Position numbers and translations under genes: made by a program. From Squalus acanthias (Eukaryota): DNA of 64,000 nt. The notes beneath the pieces are model-generated. The model was not told the DNA's origin and did not search any database. It saw only the letters and a list, made by a program, of their open reading frames with translations. The stretch spans positions 186,001 to 250,000 of the forward strand of contig JASTWF010000035.1 of assembly GCA_030390025.1 (NCBI GenBank), written 5' to 3'. The stretch's first letter is position 1, and every line of letters begins with the position of its first letter. Positions 10,065 to 22,472 of this stretch are shown here, in pieces.

Positions 10065-12374
10065 GCTTTTTTTTATTCGTTTATGGGATGTGGGCGTCGC
10101 TGGCAAGGCCAGAATTTATTGCCCATCCCTAATTGCCCTTGAGAAGGTGGTGGTGAACTGCCTTCTTGAACCGCTGCAGTCCGTGTGGTGATGGTACTCC
10201 CACAGTGCTGTTAGGGAGGGAGTTCCAGGATTTTGACCCAGCGACGATGAAGGAATGGTGATATACTTCTAAGTCAGGATGGTGTGTGACTTGGAGGGGA
10301 ACATGGAGGTGGTGGTGTTCCCATGCTCCTGCTGCCCTTGTCCTTCTAGGTGGAAGAGGTCGCGGGTCTGGGAGGTGCTGTCGAAGTAGCCTTGGCGAGT
10401 TGCTGCAGTGCATCTTGTAGATACATAGATACATAGATACATAGAAGATAGGAGCAGGAGTAGGCCATCCGGCCCTTCGAGCCTGCTCCGCCATTTAATG
10501 AGATCATGGCTGATCCTCCAATTCAGTATCCCGTCCCCGCCTTCTCTCCGTAACCCTTAACCCCTTTTGCCTGTAGAAATATATCTAATTCCCTCTTAAA
10601 TATATTTAATGAGCTGGCGTACACTGCCCTCTGTGGCAATGAGTTCCACAGGTTCACCACCCTCTGAGTGAAGAAATTCCCCCTCATTTCTGTCCTAAAT
10701 GGTTTAGCCCTTATCCTTAAATTATGTCCTCTAGTTCTGTTCTCACCCGCCAAGGGAAACATTCCTTCTGCATCTAGTCTGTCTAGACCTGTCAGAATTT
10801 TATACACTTCTATGAGGTCCCCTCTCAATCTTCTAAACTCCAGTGTGTACATCCCTAAACTACATAGTCTCTCCTCATAGGTCAATCCCGCCATTCCTGG
10901 TATCAGCCTGGTGAATCGCCGCTGCACCCCCTCCATGGCAAGAACATCTTTCCTCAGATGAGGCGACCAAAACTGTACACAGTACTCGAGCTGTGGTCTC
11001 ACCAGTGCCCTGTACAGCTGCAGCAAGGTATCCCTGTTCCTGTATTCCAACCCTTTTGCTATGAAGGCCAGCATACCGTTTGCCTTCTTGATCGCCTGTT
11101 GCACCTGCATGCTCGCCTTCAGTGACTGGTGTACAAGAACACCCAGGTCTCTCTGTACTTCCCCCTCTCCCAATTTATTGCCATTTAAATAATAATTTGC
11201 CCTCCCGTTCCTGCACCCAAGGTGGATAACTTCGCACTTGTCCACATTATAGTGCATCTGCCATTTATCCGCCCAATCACCCAGTCTGTCCAAATCGCTC
11301 TGGAGCTTCCTGGTCTCCTCCTCTGAGCCCACCCCCCCTCCTAGTTTAGTGTCGTCTGCAAATTTGGAAATGCTGCATCCGACTCCCTGATCCAGGTCAT
11401 TAATGTAAATTGTGAACAGCTGGGGACCCAGGACAGATCCCTGTGGTACCCCACTTGTTACTGCCAGCCATTCAGAAAATGAGCCGTTTATTCCAACTCT
11501 CTGTTTTCTATCTGATGGTGCACACTGCAGCCACGGTGCGCCAGTGGTGGAGGGAGTGAATGTTTAAGGTGGTGGATGGGGTGCCAATCAAGCGGGCTGC
11601 TTTGTCCTGGATGGTGTCGAGCTTCTTGAGTGTTGTTGGAGCTGCACTCATCCAGGCAAGTGGAGAGTATTCCATCACACTCCTTACTTGTGCCTTGTAG
11701 ATGGTGGAAAGGCTTTGGGCAGTCAGGAGGTGAGACACTCGCTGCAGAATACCGAGCCTCTGACCTGCTCTTGTGGCCACAGTATTTATGTGGCTGGTCC
11801 AGTTAAGTTTCTGGTCCTTGGTGACCACCCAGGATGTTGATGGTGGGGGATTTGGCGATGGTAATGCTGTTGAATTTGAAGAGGCGGTGGTTAGACTCTC
11901 TCTTGTTGGAGATGGTCATTGCCTGGCACTTGTGTGGCGCGAATGTAACCTGCCACTTATCAGCCCAAGCCTGAACGTCGTCCAGGTCTTGCTGCATGCG
12001 GGCATGGACTGCTTCATTATCTGAGGTGTTGTGAATGGCACTGAACACTGTGCAATCATCAGCGAATATCCCCATTTCTGACCTTATGATGGAGGGAAGG
12101 TCATTGATGAAGCAGCTGAAGATGGTTGGGCCTAGGACACTGCCCTGAGGAACTCCTGCAGCGATGTCCTGGGGCTGTGATGATTGAGCTCCAACCACCA
12201 CAACTATCTTCCTTTGTGCTAGGTATGACACCAGCCAGTGAAGAGTTTTCCTCCCGATTCCCATTGACTTCAGTTTTACGAGGGCTCCTTGATGCCACAC
12301 TCGGTCAAATGCTGCCTTGATATCAAGGGCAGTCACTCTCACCTCACCTCTGGAATACAGCTCCTTTGTCCATC
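10065..12374 (-). mobile_element. LINE family B (CR1/L2 group) RT to 3' end, interrupted by a CR1 at about 10423-11513
   Basis: LDIKAAFDRVWH, GVPQGSVLGP, FADD and LDTIQDKAARLI, plus the 3' end GGGCAATAAA...CAGCGACGCCCACATCCC shared with other copies. Confidence 0.85.
10423..11513 (-). mobile_element. 5'-truncated CR1 with open RT C-terminus, nested in LINE family B
   Basis: ORF 10523-11332 (LQSDLDRLGDWA...LVRPQLEYCVQFWSP...FFTQRVVNLWNSLP) and an (ACATAGAT)n tail. The host LINE resumes at GATGGTGCACAC. Confidence 0.9.
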
Positions 12375-12871
12375 GTAGCCTGGAAGATTTTGGGGGAGGA
12401 CTTTACACCATACGGCAGCTTGGTGTATGAGTACAGTCCCTTGTGTGTGTTGATGGTGAGATACTGTTGACTCTATTTGTCAACATTCAGCTGAGCTTAA
12501 GCGTGCGACAGGTCAAGCTTGGAGAAAACCTTTGACCCAGAGAGTGCTGCATACAAATCTTGCGATGTAGGTAACGGGTACTGCTCATCGTCAACCGCTT
12601 GGTTGATAGTAACTTTGTAGTCACCGCACAAGCGTACAGTCTTGTCTGCTTTAGGCACTACAGCAATCAAGGTAGCCCATTCACTTTTTTCAGTTTTTAC
12701 CAGCACTCTGTTCTCTCTCAGCTTCGCTAGCTCTTCCTCCATCTGCCTTATCAATGCATAGGGGACCGACCTTTCCTTACAATAGACAGGCTTCGCGTTG
12801 GACATGATGCGGATATGCGTGTCATACCCAGTGATGCCCTCATAACTGTCTGAGAACATGCTTTTATACTT

Positions 12872-13771
12872 TCCCCTCCCCACCTTCAGCATTCCGAAGG
12901 GACTGCTCCCTCCGCGACACCCTGGTCCACTCCTCTATCACCCCCAACACCCCTTTCCCTCCCCACGGCACCTTCCCGTGCAAGCGCAGGAGATGCAACA
13001 CCTGCTCTTTTACCTCCTCCCTTCCCACTGTCCAGGGCCCCAAACACTCCTTCCAGGTGAAACAGCGATTTACTTGTACTTCTTGCAATCTAGTATACTG
13101 TATTCGCTGCTCACGATGTGGTCTCCTCTACATTGGGAGACCAAACGCAGATTGGGTGACCGCTTTGCGGAACACCTCCATTCAGTGTGTAAGTGTGACC
13201 CCGAGCTTCCGGTCGCCTGTCACTTTAATTCTCCGCTCCACTCCCACTCAGACCTCACCGTCCTCGGCCTCTTACACTGTTCCACTGAAGCTCAATGTAA
13301 GCTCGAGGAACAGCACCTCATCTTTCGATAAGGCACTTTACAGCCTTCCGGACTCAACATCGAGTTCAACAATTTCAGACCATAACCTCGGCCCATGTTT
13401 TCTTTTTTGTCTCACATGGCAGCTGTTGATGATTCTGCCATTCCCATTTACACTTCATCTAGAGCCATCTTTTGTTTCTTAACTTGTCCAATCACCATCT
13501 CCTTTTGTCTTGCACCATCATCCCTTTTGTCTTTCAATCTCTCCTGCCTTCCAGCCTATCCAGACCTTCCCTTTTGTTCTTTCCTCCCCTCCCCCCTTTC
13601 CCTGCCCGTCACTTGCTTAAAAATCTGTTACTTCTCCAACTTTTTCCAGTTCTTTTTCATGGAGCTGAGCCGTGAACTCTGTTTCTCTCTCCGCGGAAGC
13701 TGCCTGACCTGCTGAGTGTTTCCAGCATTTTCTGTTGTTTCAGATTTCCAGCATCCGCAGTATTTTGCTTT
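12872..13771 (+). mobile_element. Penelope-like 3' fragment (GIY-YIG) with 13-bp TSD
   Basis: FTCTSCNLVYCIRCSRCGLLYIG...GDRFAEH. TGCTTTTATACTT occurs at 12859-12871 and 13772-13784. Confidence 0.9.
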
Positions 13772-14150
13772 TGCTTTTATACTTGTGTCGAGTCGCTTCT
13801 TTGAAGCATCTACACTGAAGATGTTTCTCCAGTCTAGTTTTAACTTTCTCAACCAGTCTTTGCCCATGAGGGTTGGCCTGTTGTTGTAGCTCGCTACAAT
13901 AATAGGCAGCTTTACTGACTGGCCGTTGTGCTGAACTGTACATTCCATTTGTCCACATGTCTCTAGGATTTCTCCGTAGTAGGTTTTTTAACTCTACGGT
14001 ACTCTTTGTAAATGGTATCTGATTAAACTTACTCTCATATGTGTCCTTACTCATGGTAGAGCAGTCCGCCGCTGTGTTGATACACATATCAATATATTGC
14101 TCTTACACTGTTCAACGTAAGCTCGAGGAAACAGCACCCTCATCTTTCTA

Positions 14151-14788
14151 GGGCAGTTGGAAAGATTAACTGGCAGTGTTCTCTGTCTATATATGCTGTG
14201 CCTATATGCATCTCTTCACTTCCACCTGATGAAGGAAACATAGAAACATAGAAACATAGAATCTAGGAGCAGGAGTAGGCCATTCGGCCCGTCGAGCCTG
14301 CTCCACCATCACATACGATCATGGCTGATCATCCAAATCCAGTACCCTTGTCCCTGCTTTAATCCCCACAGTACACATATCCCACCCTACCCCCGTAACC
14401 CCACCTATTTAATTCCCCCTAACATATCCCATCCTATCCCCATAACCCCACATATTTAATCCCCCCCTAACACTAAGGGTCAATTTATCATAGCCAAATC
14501 AACCTAACCCGCACATTTTTGGACTGTGGGAGGAAACCGGAGCACCCGGAGGAAACCCACGCAGACACGGGGAGAATGTGCAAACTCCACACAGACAGTC
14601 ACCCGAGGTCAGATTCGAACCCGGGTCCCTGGCGCTGTGAGGCACCAGTGCTAACCACTATGCCACCGTGTTGCAGCGCTCCGAAAGCTTGTGATTTCAA
14701 ATAAAGCTGTTGGACTATAACCTGGTGTTGTGCAACTTCTCACATTTGTCCAACCCCCCAGTCCAACACCGGCATCTCCACATCATGG
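14151..14788 (+). mobile_element. Terminal fragment of a second putative Penelope-like family; its hammerhead is split by a SINE
   Basis: 10-bp TSD CATCTTTCTA at 14141-14150 and 14789-14798. CAC-CTGATGA-AGGA | GCAGCGCTCC-GAAA-GCTT-GTG. Confidence 0.7.
14237..14672 (-). mobile_element. tRNA-derived V-SINE (HE1-like) with CR1-type tail
   Basis: Minus strand: A-box TGGCATAGTGG, B-box GGTTCGAATC, V-domain GTGTGGAGTTTGCACATTCTCCCCGTGTCTGCGTGGGTTTCCTCCGGGTGCTCC, and a tail read as (ACATAGAA)n on +. Confidence 0.88.
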
Positions 14789-15116
14789 CATCTTTCTATT
14801 AGGCACTTTACAGCCTTCTGGACTTAACATCGAGTTCAACAATTTCAGGCTATAAATTGGCCCCTGTATTTCTTTCTTTCTTCTCTTGTTTCCTCACATG
14901 GTAGCTGTTAATGTCGCTGCTATCATCATTCACACATCATCTAGAGCCATCTTTTGTTTCTTAACTTGTCCAATCACCATCTCCTTTTGCCTCGCACCAT
15001 CATCCCTTTTGTCAGTAAATCTCTCCTGCCTCCCAGCCTATCACAGACCTTCCCTTTATTCTCTCCTCCCCTCCATGCTGCCCCTGCTTAAAAATCTCTC
15101 CTCCCCAACCTTTTCC

Positions 15117-15151
15117 AGTTCTGACGAAGGGTTCGACCTGAAACGTTGACT
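15117..15151 (+). ncRNA. Minimal hammerhead ribozyme motif (Penelope)
   Basis: AGTT-CTGACGA-AGGGTTCGACCT-GAAA-CGTT-GACT. Confidence 0.65.
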
Positions 15152-15447
15152 CTGTTTCTCTCTCCTCGATGCTGCCTGACCTGTTGAGTGTTTCCAGCAC
15201 TTTCTGTTGTTATTTCAATATATTGCTCGTTGATCAAAAATGTTATATGAAAGTCTTTCTCACGACTGCTAGCGTTGCCGCTAGCGGCATAGATACTGTA
15301 GATGCCTAGTTCTTCAACATCAGGTGTGTTCACTTCAATATTGTGAATTCCTCCCTTTTGTTGTCACTTACATTGCAAAGTTGGCAAGCCAGCTGCACGG
15401 GATCCTCGGAGCGCTGTGCGCAGCTGACAGGGAACATTGGTTTAGAG

Positions 15448-15650
15448 GTGACTGATGCACTGGACATGACAAAGTCTATGGGCCCTGATAACATCTCGGC
15501 TGTAGTGTTGAAGACCTGTGCACCAGAGCTAGCCGCTCCTCCAGCCAAGCTGTTCCAGTACAGCCCTGACACTGGCATCTAACTGACAATGTGTAAGATT
15601 GCCCAGGTACCACCTATCCACAAAAAACAGGATAAATCTAACATATTGTA
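15448..15650 (+). mobile_element. LINE ORF2 internal fragment
   Basis: LDMTKSMGPDNISAVVLKTCAPELAAP.AKLFQYS, the pre-RT GPD motif. Confidence 0.75.
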
Positions 15651-15661
15651 AGTCATCTCCC

Positions 15662-16543
15662 ACCCTGTTCCCAGTCTGATCCTGGACTCTCAGTCCCACT
15701 CCCGCCCTGTTCCCAGTCTGATCCAGGACTCTCAGTCCCACTCCCGCCCTGTTCCCAGTCTGATCCTGGACTCTCAGTCCCACTCCCGCCCTGTTCCCAG
15801 TCTGATCCTGGAATCTCAGTCCCACTCCCGCCCTGTTCCCAGTCTGATCCTGGACTCTCAGTCCCACTCCCGCCCTGTTCCCAGTCTGATCCTGGACTCT
15901 CAGTCCCACTCTGGCCCTGTTCCCAGTCTGATCCTGGACTCTCAGTCCCACTCCCGCCCTGTTCCCAGTCTGATCCTGGACTCTCAGTCCCACTCCGCCC
16001 TGTTCCCAGTCTGATCCAGGACTCGGTCCCACTCCCGCCCTGTTCCCAGTCTGATCCTGGACTCAGTCCCACTCACACCCTGTTCCCAGTCTGATCCTGG
16101 ACTCTCAGTCCCACTCCGCCCTGTTCCCAGTCTGATCCTGGACTCTCAGTCACACTCCCGCCCTGTTCCCAGTCTGATCCTGGACTCTCAGTCCCACTCC
16201 GCCCTGTTCCAAGTCTGATCCTGGACTCTCAGTCCCACTCCGCCCTGTTCCAAGTCTGATCCTGGACTCTCAGTCCCACTCCCGCCCTGTTCCCAGTCTG
16301 ATCCTGGACTCTCAGTCCCACTCACACCCTGTTCCCAGTCTGATCCTGGACTCTCAGTCCCACTCCCGTCCTGTTCCCAGTCTGATCCTGGACTCTCAGT
16401 CCCACTCCGCCCTGTTCCAAGTCTGATCCTGGACTCTCAGTCCCACTCCCGCCCTGTTCCCAGTCTGATCCTGGACTCTCAGTCCCACTCCCGCCCTGTT
16501 CCCAGTCTGATCCTGGACTCTCAGTCCCACTCCCGCCCTGTTC
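15662..16543. repeat. 42-bp minisatellite, about 21 copies
   Basis: Unit CTGTTCCCAGTCTGATCCTGGACTCTCAGTCCCACTCCCGCC; the translated ORFs show a 14-aa period. Confidence 0.95.
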
Positions 16544-16668
16544 TCGCCCTGTACCCAGCCTGGTGAAAATGGCCCCAGTGTGTTTACAGCAGGACTGAAT
16601 CGAAGGGACTTTGTGCTGGGTAATTGCTCTGGATCTGGATTAACGCAGCCGAGTGTCTTCTCTCTCAG

Positions 16669-16758
16669 GTTTGAAGCCGGCAATCACCTCTGAGGGTTTG
16701 GAACTGACCTGTGCCACCAACCACCTGGGCCCATTCCTCCTGACAAGCCTGCTGCTGG
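16669..16758 (+). CDS. RDH-like SDR coding exon 3 (not in the ORF track)
   Basis: tctctcag|GT...CTG G|gtgagt. Encodes (G)LKPAITSEGLELTCATNHLGPFLLTSLLL, with the conserved NHLGxFLLT motif; phase 1 at both ends. Confidence 0.92.
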
Positions 16759-16786
16759 GTGAGTGATTCTCTCCGCATTGATGATA

Positions 16787-18068
16787 ATACAGGTCAATAA
16801 GGCCATAAAAAGCAAACCAAGCATTGGGTTCATTTCTAGAGGGATAGAAATGGAAAGCAGAGAAGTTATGCTAAACTTGTATGGAACCTTGGTTAGGTCA
16901 CACTTGGAGCACTGTGCACAGTTCTGGTCGCCGTATTATAAAGGATATAGAGGCACTGGAGAAGGTGCAAAAATGATTGACAAGAATTAGACCAGAACTG
17001 AGAGATTATATCTATCAGGATGCTTTGGCAACAAGAGTAGGTCAGAGGCGAGGTATTCTGCGGCGAGTGTCTCACCTCCTGACTCCCCAAAGCCTTTCCA
17101 CCATCTACAAGGCACAAGTAAGGAGTGTGATGGAATACTCTCCACTTGCCTGGATGAGTGCAGCTCCAACAACACTCAAGAAGCTCGACACCATCCAGGA
17201 CAAAGCAGCCCGCTTGATTGGCACCCCATCTACCACCTTAAACATTCACTCCCTCCACCACCAGCATACCGTGGCTGCAGTGTGTTCCATCTACAAGATG
17301 CACTGCAGCAACTCGCCAAGGCTTCTTCGGTAGCACCTCCCAAACCCACAACCTCTTCCACCTAGAAGAACAAGGGCAGCAGGCGCATGGGAACACCACC
17401 ACCTCCACGTTCCCCTCCAAGTCACACACCATCCTGACTTGGAAGTATATCGGCCGTTCCTTCATCATCGCTGGGTCAAAATCCTGGAACTCCCTCCCTA
17501 ACAGCACTGTGGGAGTACCTTCAACACACAGACTGCAGCGGTTCAAGAAGGCAGCTCACCACCACCTTCTCAAGGGCAATTAGGGATGGGCAATAAATGC
17601 CGGCCTTGTCAGCGATGCCCACATCCCATAAACAAATTTTTAAAAAAGGAAAGCTTGAACAGGCTGGAGCTCTTTTCTCTAGAAAAGAGAAGGCTGAGGG
17701 GTGACCTGATAGAGGTCCTTAAGATTATGAAAGGGTTCGATAGGGTAGATGAGACCAGAACTAGGGGCCATCAATATAAGATAGTCACTAATAAATCCAA
17801 TAGGGAATTCAGGAGAAACTTCTTTACCCAGAGAGTGGTGAGAATGTGGAACTCGCTACCACAGGGAGTGGTTCAGGTGAATAGTTAAGAGGCATTCAAG
17901 GGGAGGCCAGATGAACAAACACCTGAGGGAGAAAGGAATAGAAGGTTATGTTGATGGGGTGAGATGAGGAGGGGTGGGAGGAGGCTCGTGTGGAGCATAA
18001 CCACCAGCACAGACCAGTTGGGCCGAATGGCCTGTTTCTGTGCTGTACATTCTATGTAATTCTATGTC
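16787..18068 (+). mobile_element. CR1 3' fragment with a nested LINE family B 3' fragment (about 17025-17645)
   Basis: QVNKAIK...LVRSHLEHCAQFWSP, then the family B insert, then LFSLEKRRLRGDLIEV...WNSLP and the 3' UTR. Confidence 0.85.
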
Positions 18069-18099
18069 GTTCTGTCACAATCTCGTTTCCAATTTTTAG

Positions 18100-18291
18100 A
18101 TTTGGTGAAGTGCTCGCAGAATGCACGGATTGTGAATGTCTCTTCGATGATTCACAGAAGGGGGGAGGTAGACTTCAGGCAGATGAGAGGCGACAACCTG
18201 CCAAACTCCCTGGGAAAGTTGATGTACCAGAACACCAAACTAATGAACGTCCTGTTCACACTGGAGCTGTCCAATCAACTCCGTCACACAG
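18100..18291 (+). CDS. RDH-like SDR coding exon 4 (catalytic S and YxxxK)
   Basis: tttttag|AT...ACA G|gtagga. Encodes DLVKCSQNARIVNVSSMIH...LMYQNTKLMNVLFTLELSNQLRHTG. Confidence 0.93.
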
Positions 18292-18384
18292 GTAGGAACA
18301 GCCGGGGATGGAGGGGGGGATGGGGTCTGTCGCTAAGAGTCAGTGTTCACCCGGACATTCAATACTGTGCGTTTATGAGGGCCG

Positions 18385-18765
18385 CAATCATTAGTAATCC
18401 AGAGGCCTGGACTAATAATCCAGAGAACGTGAGTTCAATTCCTACCATGGCGGTTTGAGAATTCGAATTCAGTCAATTAAAATCTGGAAATAAAAAGCTG
18501 GGATCAGTAAACATGACCATGAAGCTGTGGGATTGTTGTTAAAAACCCAACTGGTTTCACTGATGTCCGTTAGGGAAGGAAACCTGCCGTCCTTACCCGG
18601 TCTGGGCCTATATGTGACTCCAGACCCACACCAACGTGGTTGACTCTTAACTGCCCTCAGTTGTATTAAGAAGGCGGCTCACCACCACCTTCTCAGGGCA
18701 GCTAGGGATGGGCAATAAATGCTGGCCTTGCCAGCGACGCCCACATCCCATAAACAAATGAAAAA
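18385..18765 (+). mobile_element. SINE-like element sharing its 3' end with LINE family B
   Basis: B-box-like GAGTTCAATTCC; non-coding body; ends AAGAAGGCGGCTCACCACCACC...GGGCAATAAATGCTGGCCTTGCCAGCGACGCCCACATCCC. Confidence 0.65.
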
Positions 18766-18999
18766 GGTGCCTGACGGGATGAGCTGGGACGCTGAGATGG
18801 AAAAGATTTAAGGAGGTTGCTGAAGGTGGGGAGAGATATTGCAGGATGGAGGTTTAGACAGAGCTTCTCAACGACTGCTGCAATGTTGGGATGCAGGAGC
18901 TGGACCTGTAGCCAGGCTCAGTCCCAGTTAAAACCCACAAAGACTGAGTGAACCATTCGCTTCCGTTGGAAGGTGAGTCAGAGCTGCAACTCGCCATCA

Positions 19000-19385
19000 C
19001 ATCACTGACCTGGGGAGATCTTTCCTCCTCTCACTGTCGGGCATGACCTGTCCTTTATTTGAGGTGCGCTCTGTTGCTGTGCTCCCGCACCCTCCACAGG
19101 ACACGTTGCCAATGATATTCCCATCCAGGGCCAGGTGGAGAATCCAGCCCCAGACAGATGTTGAGGTGGAACCCGGTGTGCCGGTTTGGTGAGTGGGGGC
19201 GTATCTGGGAGTGGGAGGAGGATGGTGCGGGCGGCACTGTCAAAGCCTTTGGAGAGATGAAGGAGAATGAGGAGGGATAGTGCATCATGGTCACCGTCGC
19301 AGAGAATGGCGTTCGTGGCTTGGGTTTGAGCTGTTGTGGTGCCGTGCAAGGGGTGGAGAAACCTGAATGGAAAGATTGAACCCAC
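19000..19385 (-). mobile_element. Ancient degraded L2-like LINE RT fragment
   Basis: ...NAILCDGDHDALSLLILLHLSKGFDS resembles the L2 RT consensus NDIL..D....SLLVLLDLSAAFDT. Confidence 0.6.
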
Positions 19386-19582
19386 TCCCCCCGAAACATT
19401 AACACCCCCTCCGAAACATGAACCCTCCAGTGATTGTAGGACTGTGCAGCATAGTGGAGGAGGGCAGTTTTGTGTGCTGTAATTAATGAGGCTGAGAGTT
19501 GTATTTCAGGACTCTTATTACCTTGATAACTCTAGTTAGATCATTAAACTTATTTCTACCATTTCCACCATGCTCTTGGTAC

Positions 19583-21770
19583 AATAGAGTCATAGAGTCA
19601 TAGAGTTTATACAGCGCAGAAAGAGGCCCTTCGGCCCATCGTGTCCGCGCCGGCCATCAAGCCCTGTCTATTCTAATCCCATTTTCCAGCACTTGGTCCG
19701 TAGCCTTGTATGCTATGGCGTTTCAAGTGCTCATCTAAATGCTTCTTGAATGTTGTGAGGGTTCCTGCCTCTACCATCCTTTCAGGCAGTGAGTTCCAGA
19801 TTCCAACCACCCTCTGGGTGAAAAAGTTTTTCCTCAAATCCCCTCTAAACCTCCTGCCCCTTACCTTGAAACTATGCCCCCTGGTTATTGACCCCTCTAC
19901 TAAGGGGAAAAGTTCCTTTCTATCTACCCTATCTATGCCCCTCATAATTTTGTACACCTCAATCAGGTCCCCCCTCAGCCTTCTCTGCTCTAAAGAAAAC
20001 AACCCCAGCCTGTCCAGTCTCTCTTCATAGCTGAAGCGCTCCAGCCCAGGTAACATCCTGGTGAATCTCCTCTGCACCCTCTCCAATGCAATCACATCCT
20101 TCCTATAGTGTGGCGACCAGAACTGCACACAGTATTCCAGCTGTGGCCGAACTAGCGTTTTGTACAGCTCCATCATAACCTCCCTGCTCTTATATTCTAT
20201 GCCTCGGCTAATGAAGGCAAGTATCCCATATGCCTTTTTAACCACCTTATCTACCTGTCCTGCTGCCTTCAGGGATCTATGTACATGCACACCAAGGTCC
20301 CTCTGATCCTCTGTCCTTCCTAGGGTCCTACCATTCATTGTGTATTCCCTTGCCTTGTTAGTCCTCCCAAAATGCATCACCTCACACTTTTCAGAGTTAA
20401 ATTCCATTTGCCACTGTTCTGCCCATCTAACCAACCCGTCTATATCGTCCTGTAGCCTGAGGCTTCCCTCCTCGCTATTTACCACTCCACCAATTTTCGT
20501 GTCATCTGCGAACTTACTGATCATATCTCCTACATTCATATCTAAATCATTAATGTACACTACAAACAGCAAAGGACCCAGCACCGATCCCTGCGGTACA
20601 CTACTGGACACAGGCTTTCAGTCACAAAAACAACCTTCGACCATCACCCTCTGCCTCCTCCCACTTAGCCAATTTTGGATCCTATGCGCCAAGTTGCCCT
20701 GGATCCCATGGGCTCTTACCTTTTTGACCAGTCTCCCATGCGGGACTTTGTCAAAAGCCTTACTGAAGTCCATGTAGACCACATCAACTGCACTACCCTC
20801 ATCCACACACCAAGTCAACCCCTCGAAAAATTCAATCAAATTGGTTAGACATGATCTCCCCCTGACAAAGCCATGCTGACTATCCTTGATTAATCCTTGC
20901 CTCTCCAAGTGGAGACTAATTCTGTCCCTCAGAATTTTTTCCAATAATTTCCCTACCACTGATGTTAGACTCACTGGCCTGTAATTCCCTGGTTTATTCC
21001 TACTACCCTTCTTGAATAATGGTACTACGTTAGCTGTTCTCCAGTCCTCTGGCACCTCCCCTGTGGCCAGAGAGGTTCTGAAAATTTGTGTCGGAGCCCC
21101 TGCAATCTCCTCCCTTGCCTCACACAGCAGCCTGGGATACATCTCGTCTGGGCCTGGGGATTTATCCACTTTTAAGCCCGCTAAAACTGCTAGTACCTCC
21201 TCCCTCTCAATACTAATTTGTTCAAGTATATCACATCCCCCTGCCTGATTTCTATGCCTACATCTTACTTCTCCATAGTGAACACAGATGCAAAATATTC
21301 ATTTAAAACCCCATCTACATCTTCTGGCTCTACACACAGATTGCCACTTTGGTTCCTAATGGGCCCTACTCTTTCCCTGGTTATCCTCTTGCCCTTAATA
21401 TACTTATAAAACACCTTGGGATTTTCCTGTATTTTGCCCGCCAGTGTTATTTCAAGCCCTCTCTTTGCTCTCCTAATTTCTTTAAGTACCCCCCTGCACT
21501 TTCTATACTCCTCTAGGGCTTCCACTGTTTTTGGTCCTTTGTATCTGCCAAAAGCCTCCCTTTTTTTCCGAATCCATTCTCGTGTATCCCTTGACATCCA
21601 GGGTTCCCTGGGCTTGTCGGTCCCACCCTTGACCTTTACGGGAACATGTTGCCGTTGTACTCTCTCTATTTCCTTTCTGAATGACTCCCACTGCTCTGAT
21701 GTGGATTTTCCTACAAGTAGCTGATCCCAGTCCACTTTGGCCAGATCCTGCCTTATCATATTGAAGTCGG
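19583..21770 (-). mobile_element. 5'-truncated CR1 LINE with nearly intact RT
   Basis: ORFs 21265-21759, 20618-21169 and 19673-20611 (KSPGPD, YMDFSKAFDKVPH, PQGSVLGP, FADD); (ATAGAGTC)n tail. Confidence 0.93.
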
Positions 21771-22472
21771 TGTTAGATCAGAATTGGGACTTTTTCACAG
21801 GGGCCCACTTCTGACACCGGGACTAATTAAAGTCCTAAGAGGTCACCCCTGCTCCCGGCATCCCAATTACTCACCAACGGGCCTTACTGTTACATCGAAT
21901 TTGGAGCAAAACCAGACGGAGACGGAACTGAAGACAAAGTAAAAGTTTATTAGAAACTAGCCAGAAGGCTTTGTGCACAAAGGGAGACAGGTTGATCTCC
22001 TCAGACTCGAACCCAACTCTCCAAGGATAAATTACATACAAGCATTGATATACCTTTTGATACGCAACACCCACAGGTTACAAAAGTGGGCGTGCACATA
22101 GAAACAGCGTCGCTACCATTGCTCCCTTATTGGTTAATGATCAGTCACTCAATGTTGGGAGACGCCTTGAAATGTTCTGTGACATTAAACATAACACATA
22201 GTTGTTATACATAGGGCCTTCATCTAGTCTCTGGGGGCGAGGTCTACCAGACTCCATCTTGTCTCTTAATCAAGGTCGTACCACGCTTATCTTTCCTTTC
22301 CCATATTGTTGTATTTTCTGTAAGGGGTTATGTCGTGCTTGTATCACAGATGGTGCTGGTGCGGGGTTAGGCCTTCGTTGCCTAATACTATTGCTTGCTC
22401 TGGTCTCCGGCCAGCCTTGTTGCAATAAGCACCTGTGAGTGGTTCGACCCACTCGCCCTTACGGTTCTAACA
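21771..22472 (-). repeat. LTR-like segment; ownership and exact end uncertain
   Basis: TGTTAGA...TCTAACA 7-bp inverted ends. Minus-strand CCAAT (about 22130), TATA-like (about 22050) and AATAAA (about 21950) occur in U3-R-U5 order. No TSD or PPT found. Confidence 0.5.

Larger units (their letters stand above)
14103..15214 (+). mobile_element. Penelope-like 3' fragment containing nested insertions
   Basis: Same family as 12872-13771. Flanked by TCAATATATTGCTC at 14089-14102 and 15215-15228. Hammerhead motif at 15117-15151. Confidence 0.85.
6447..15425 (-). mobile_element. Older Ty3/Gypsy (Mag-like) LTR element fragmented by nested insertions
   Basis: Collinear pieces: putative 3' LTR 6447-6581 (TGT...ACA) with PPT 6582-6594; integrase C-end RRSGRLRKPGIKLDL* near 6700-6760; integrase 8086-8355 (RYLVE...VHVDQM) and 8516-8675 (FLLKYRTTPH...TPAELL); RT 12375-12871 (VRLCGDYKVTIN...FSKLDL); protease 13772-14102 (TLMGKDWL); gag/protease junction 15215-15425. 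Confidence 0.8.

Noticed and set aside
15529..16543. Possible CRISPR array or repeat protein
   Set aside because: Head-to-tail 42-bp units with no unique spacers and no cas genes, in a eukaryotic intron.
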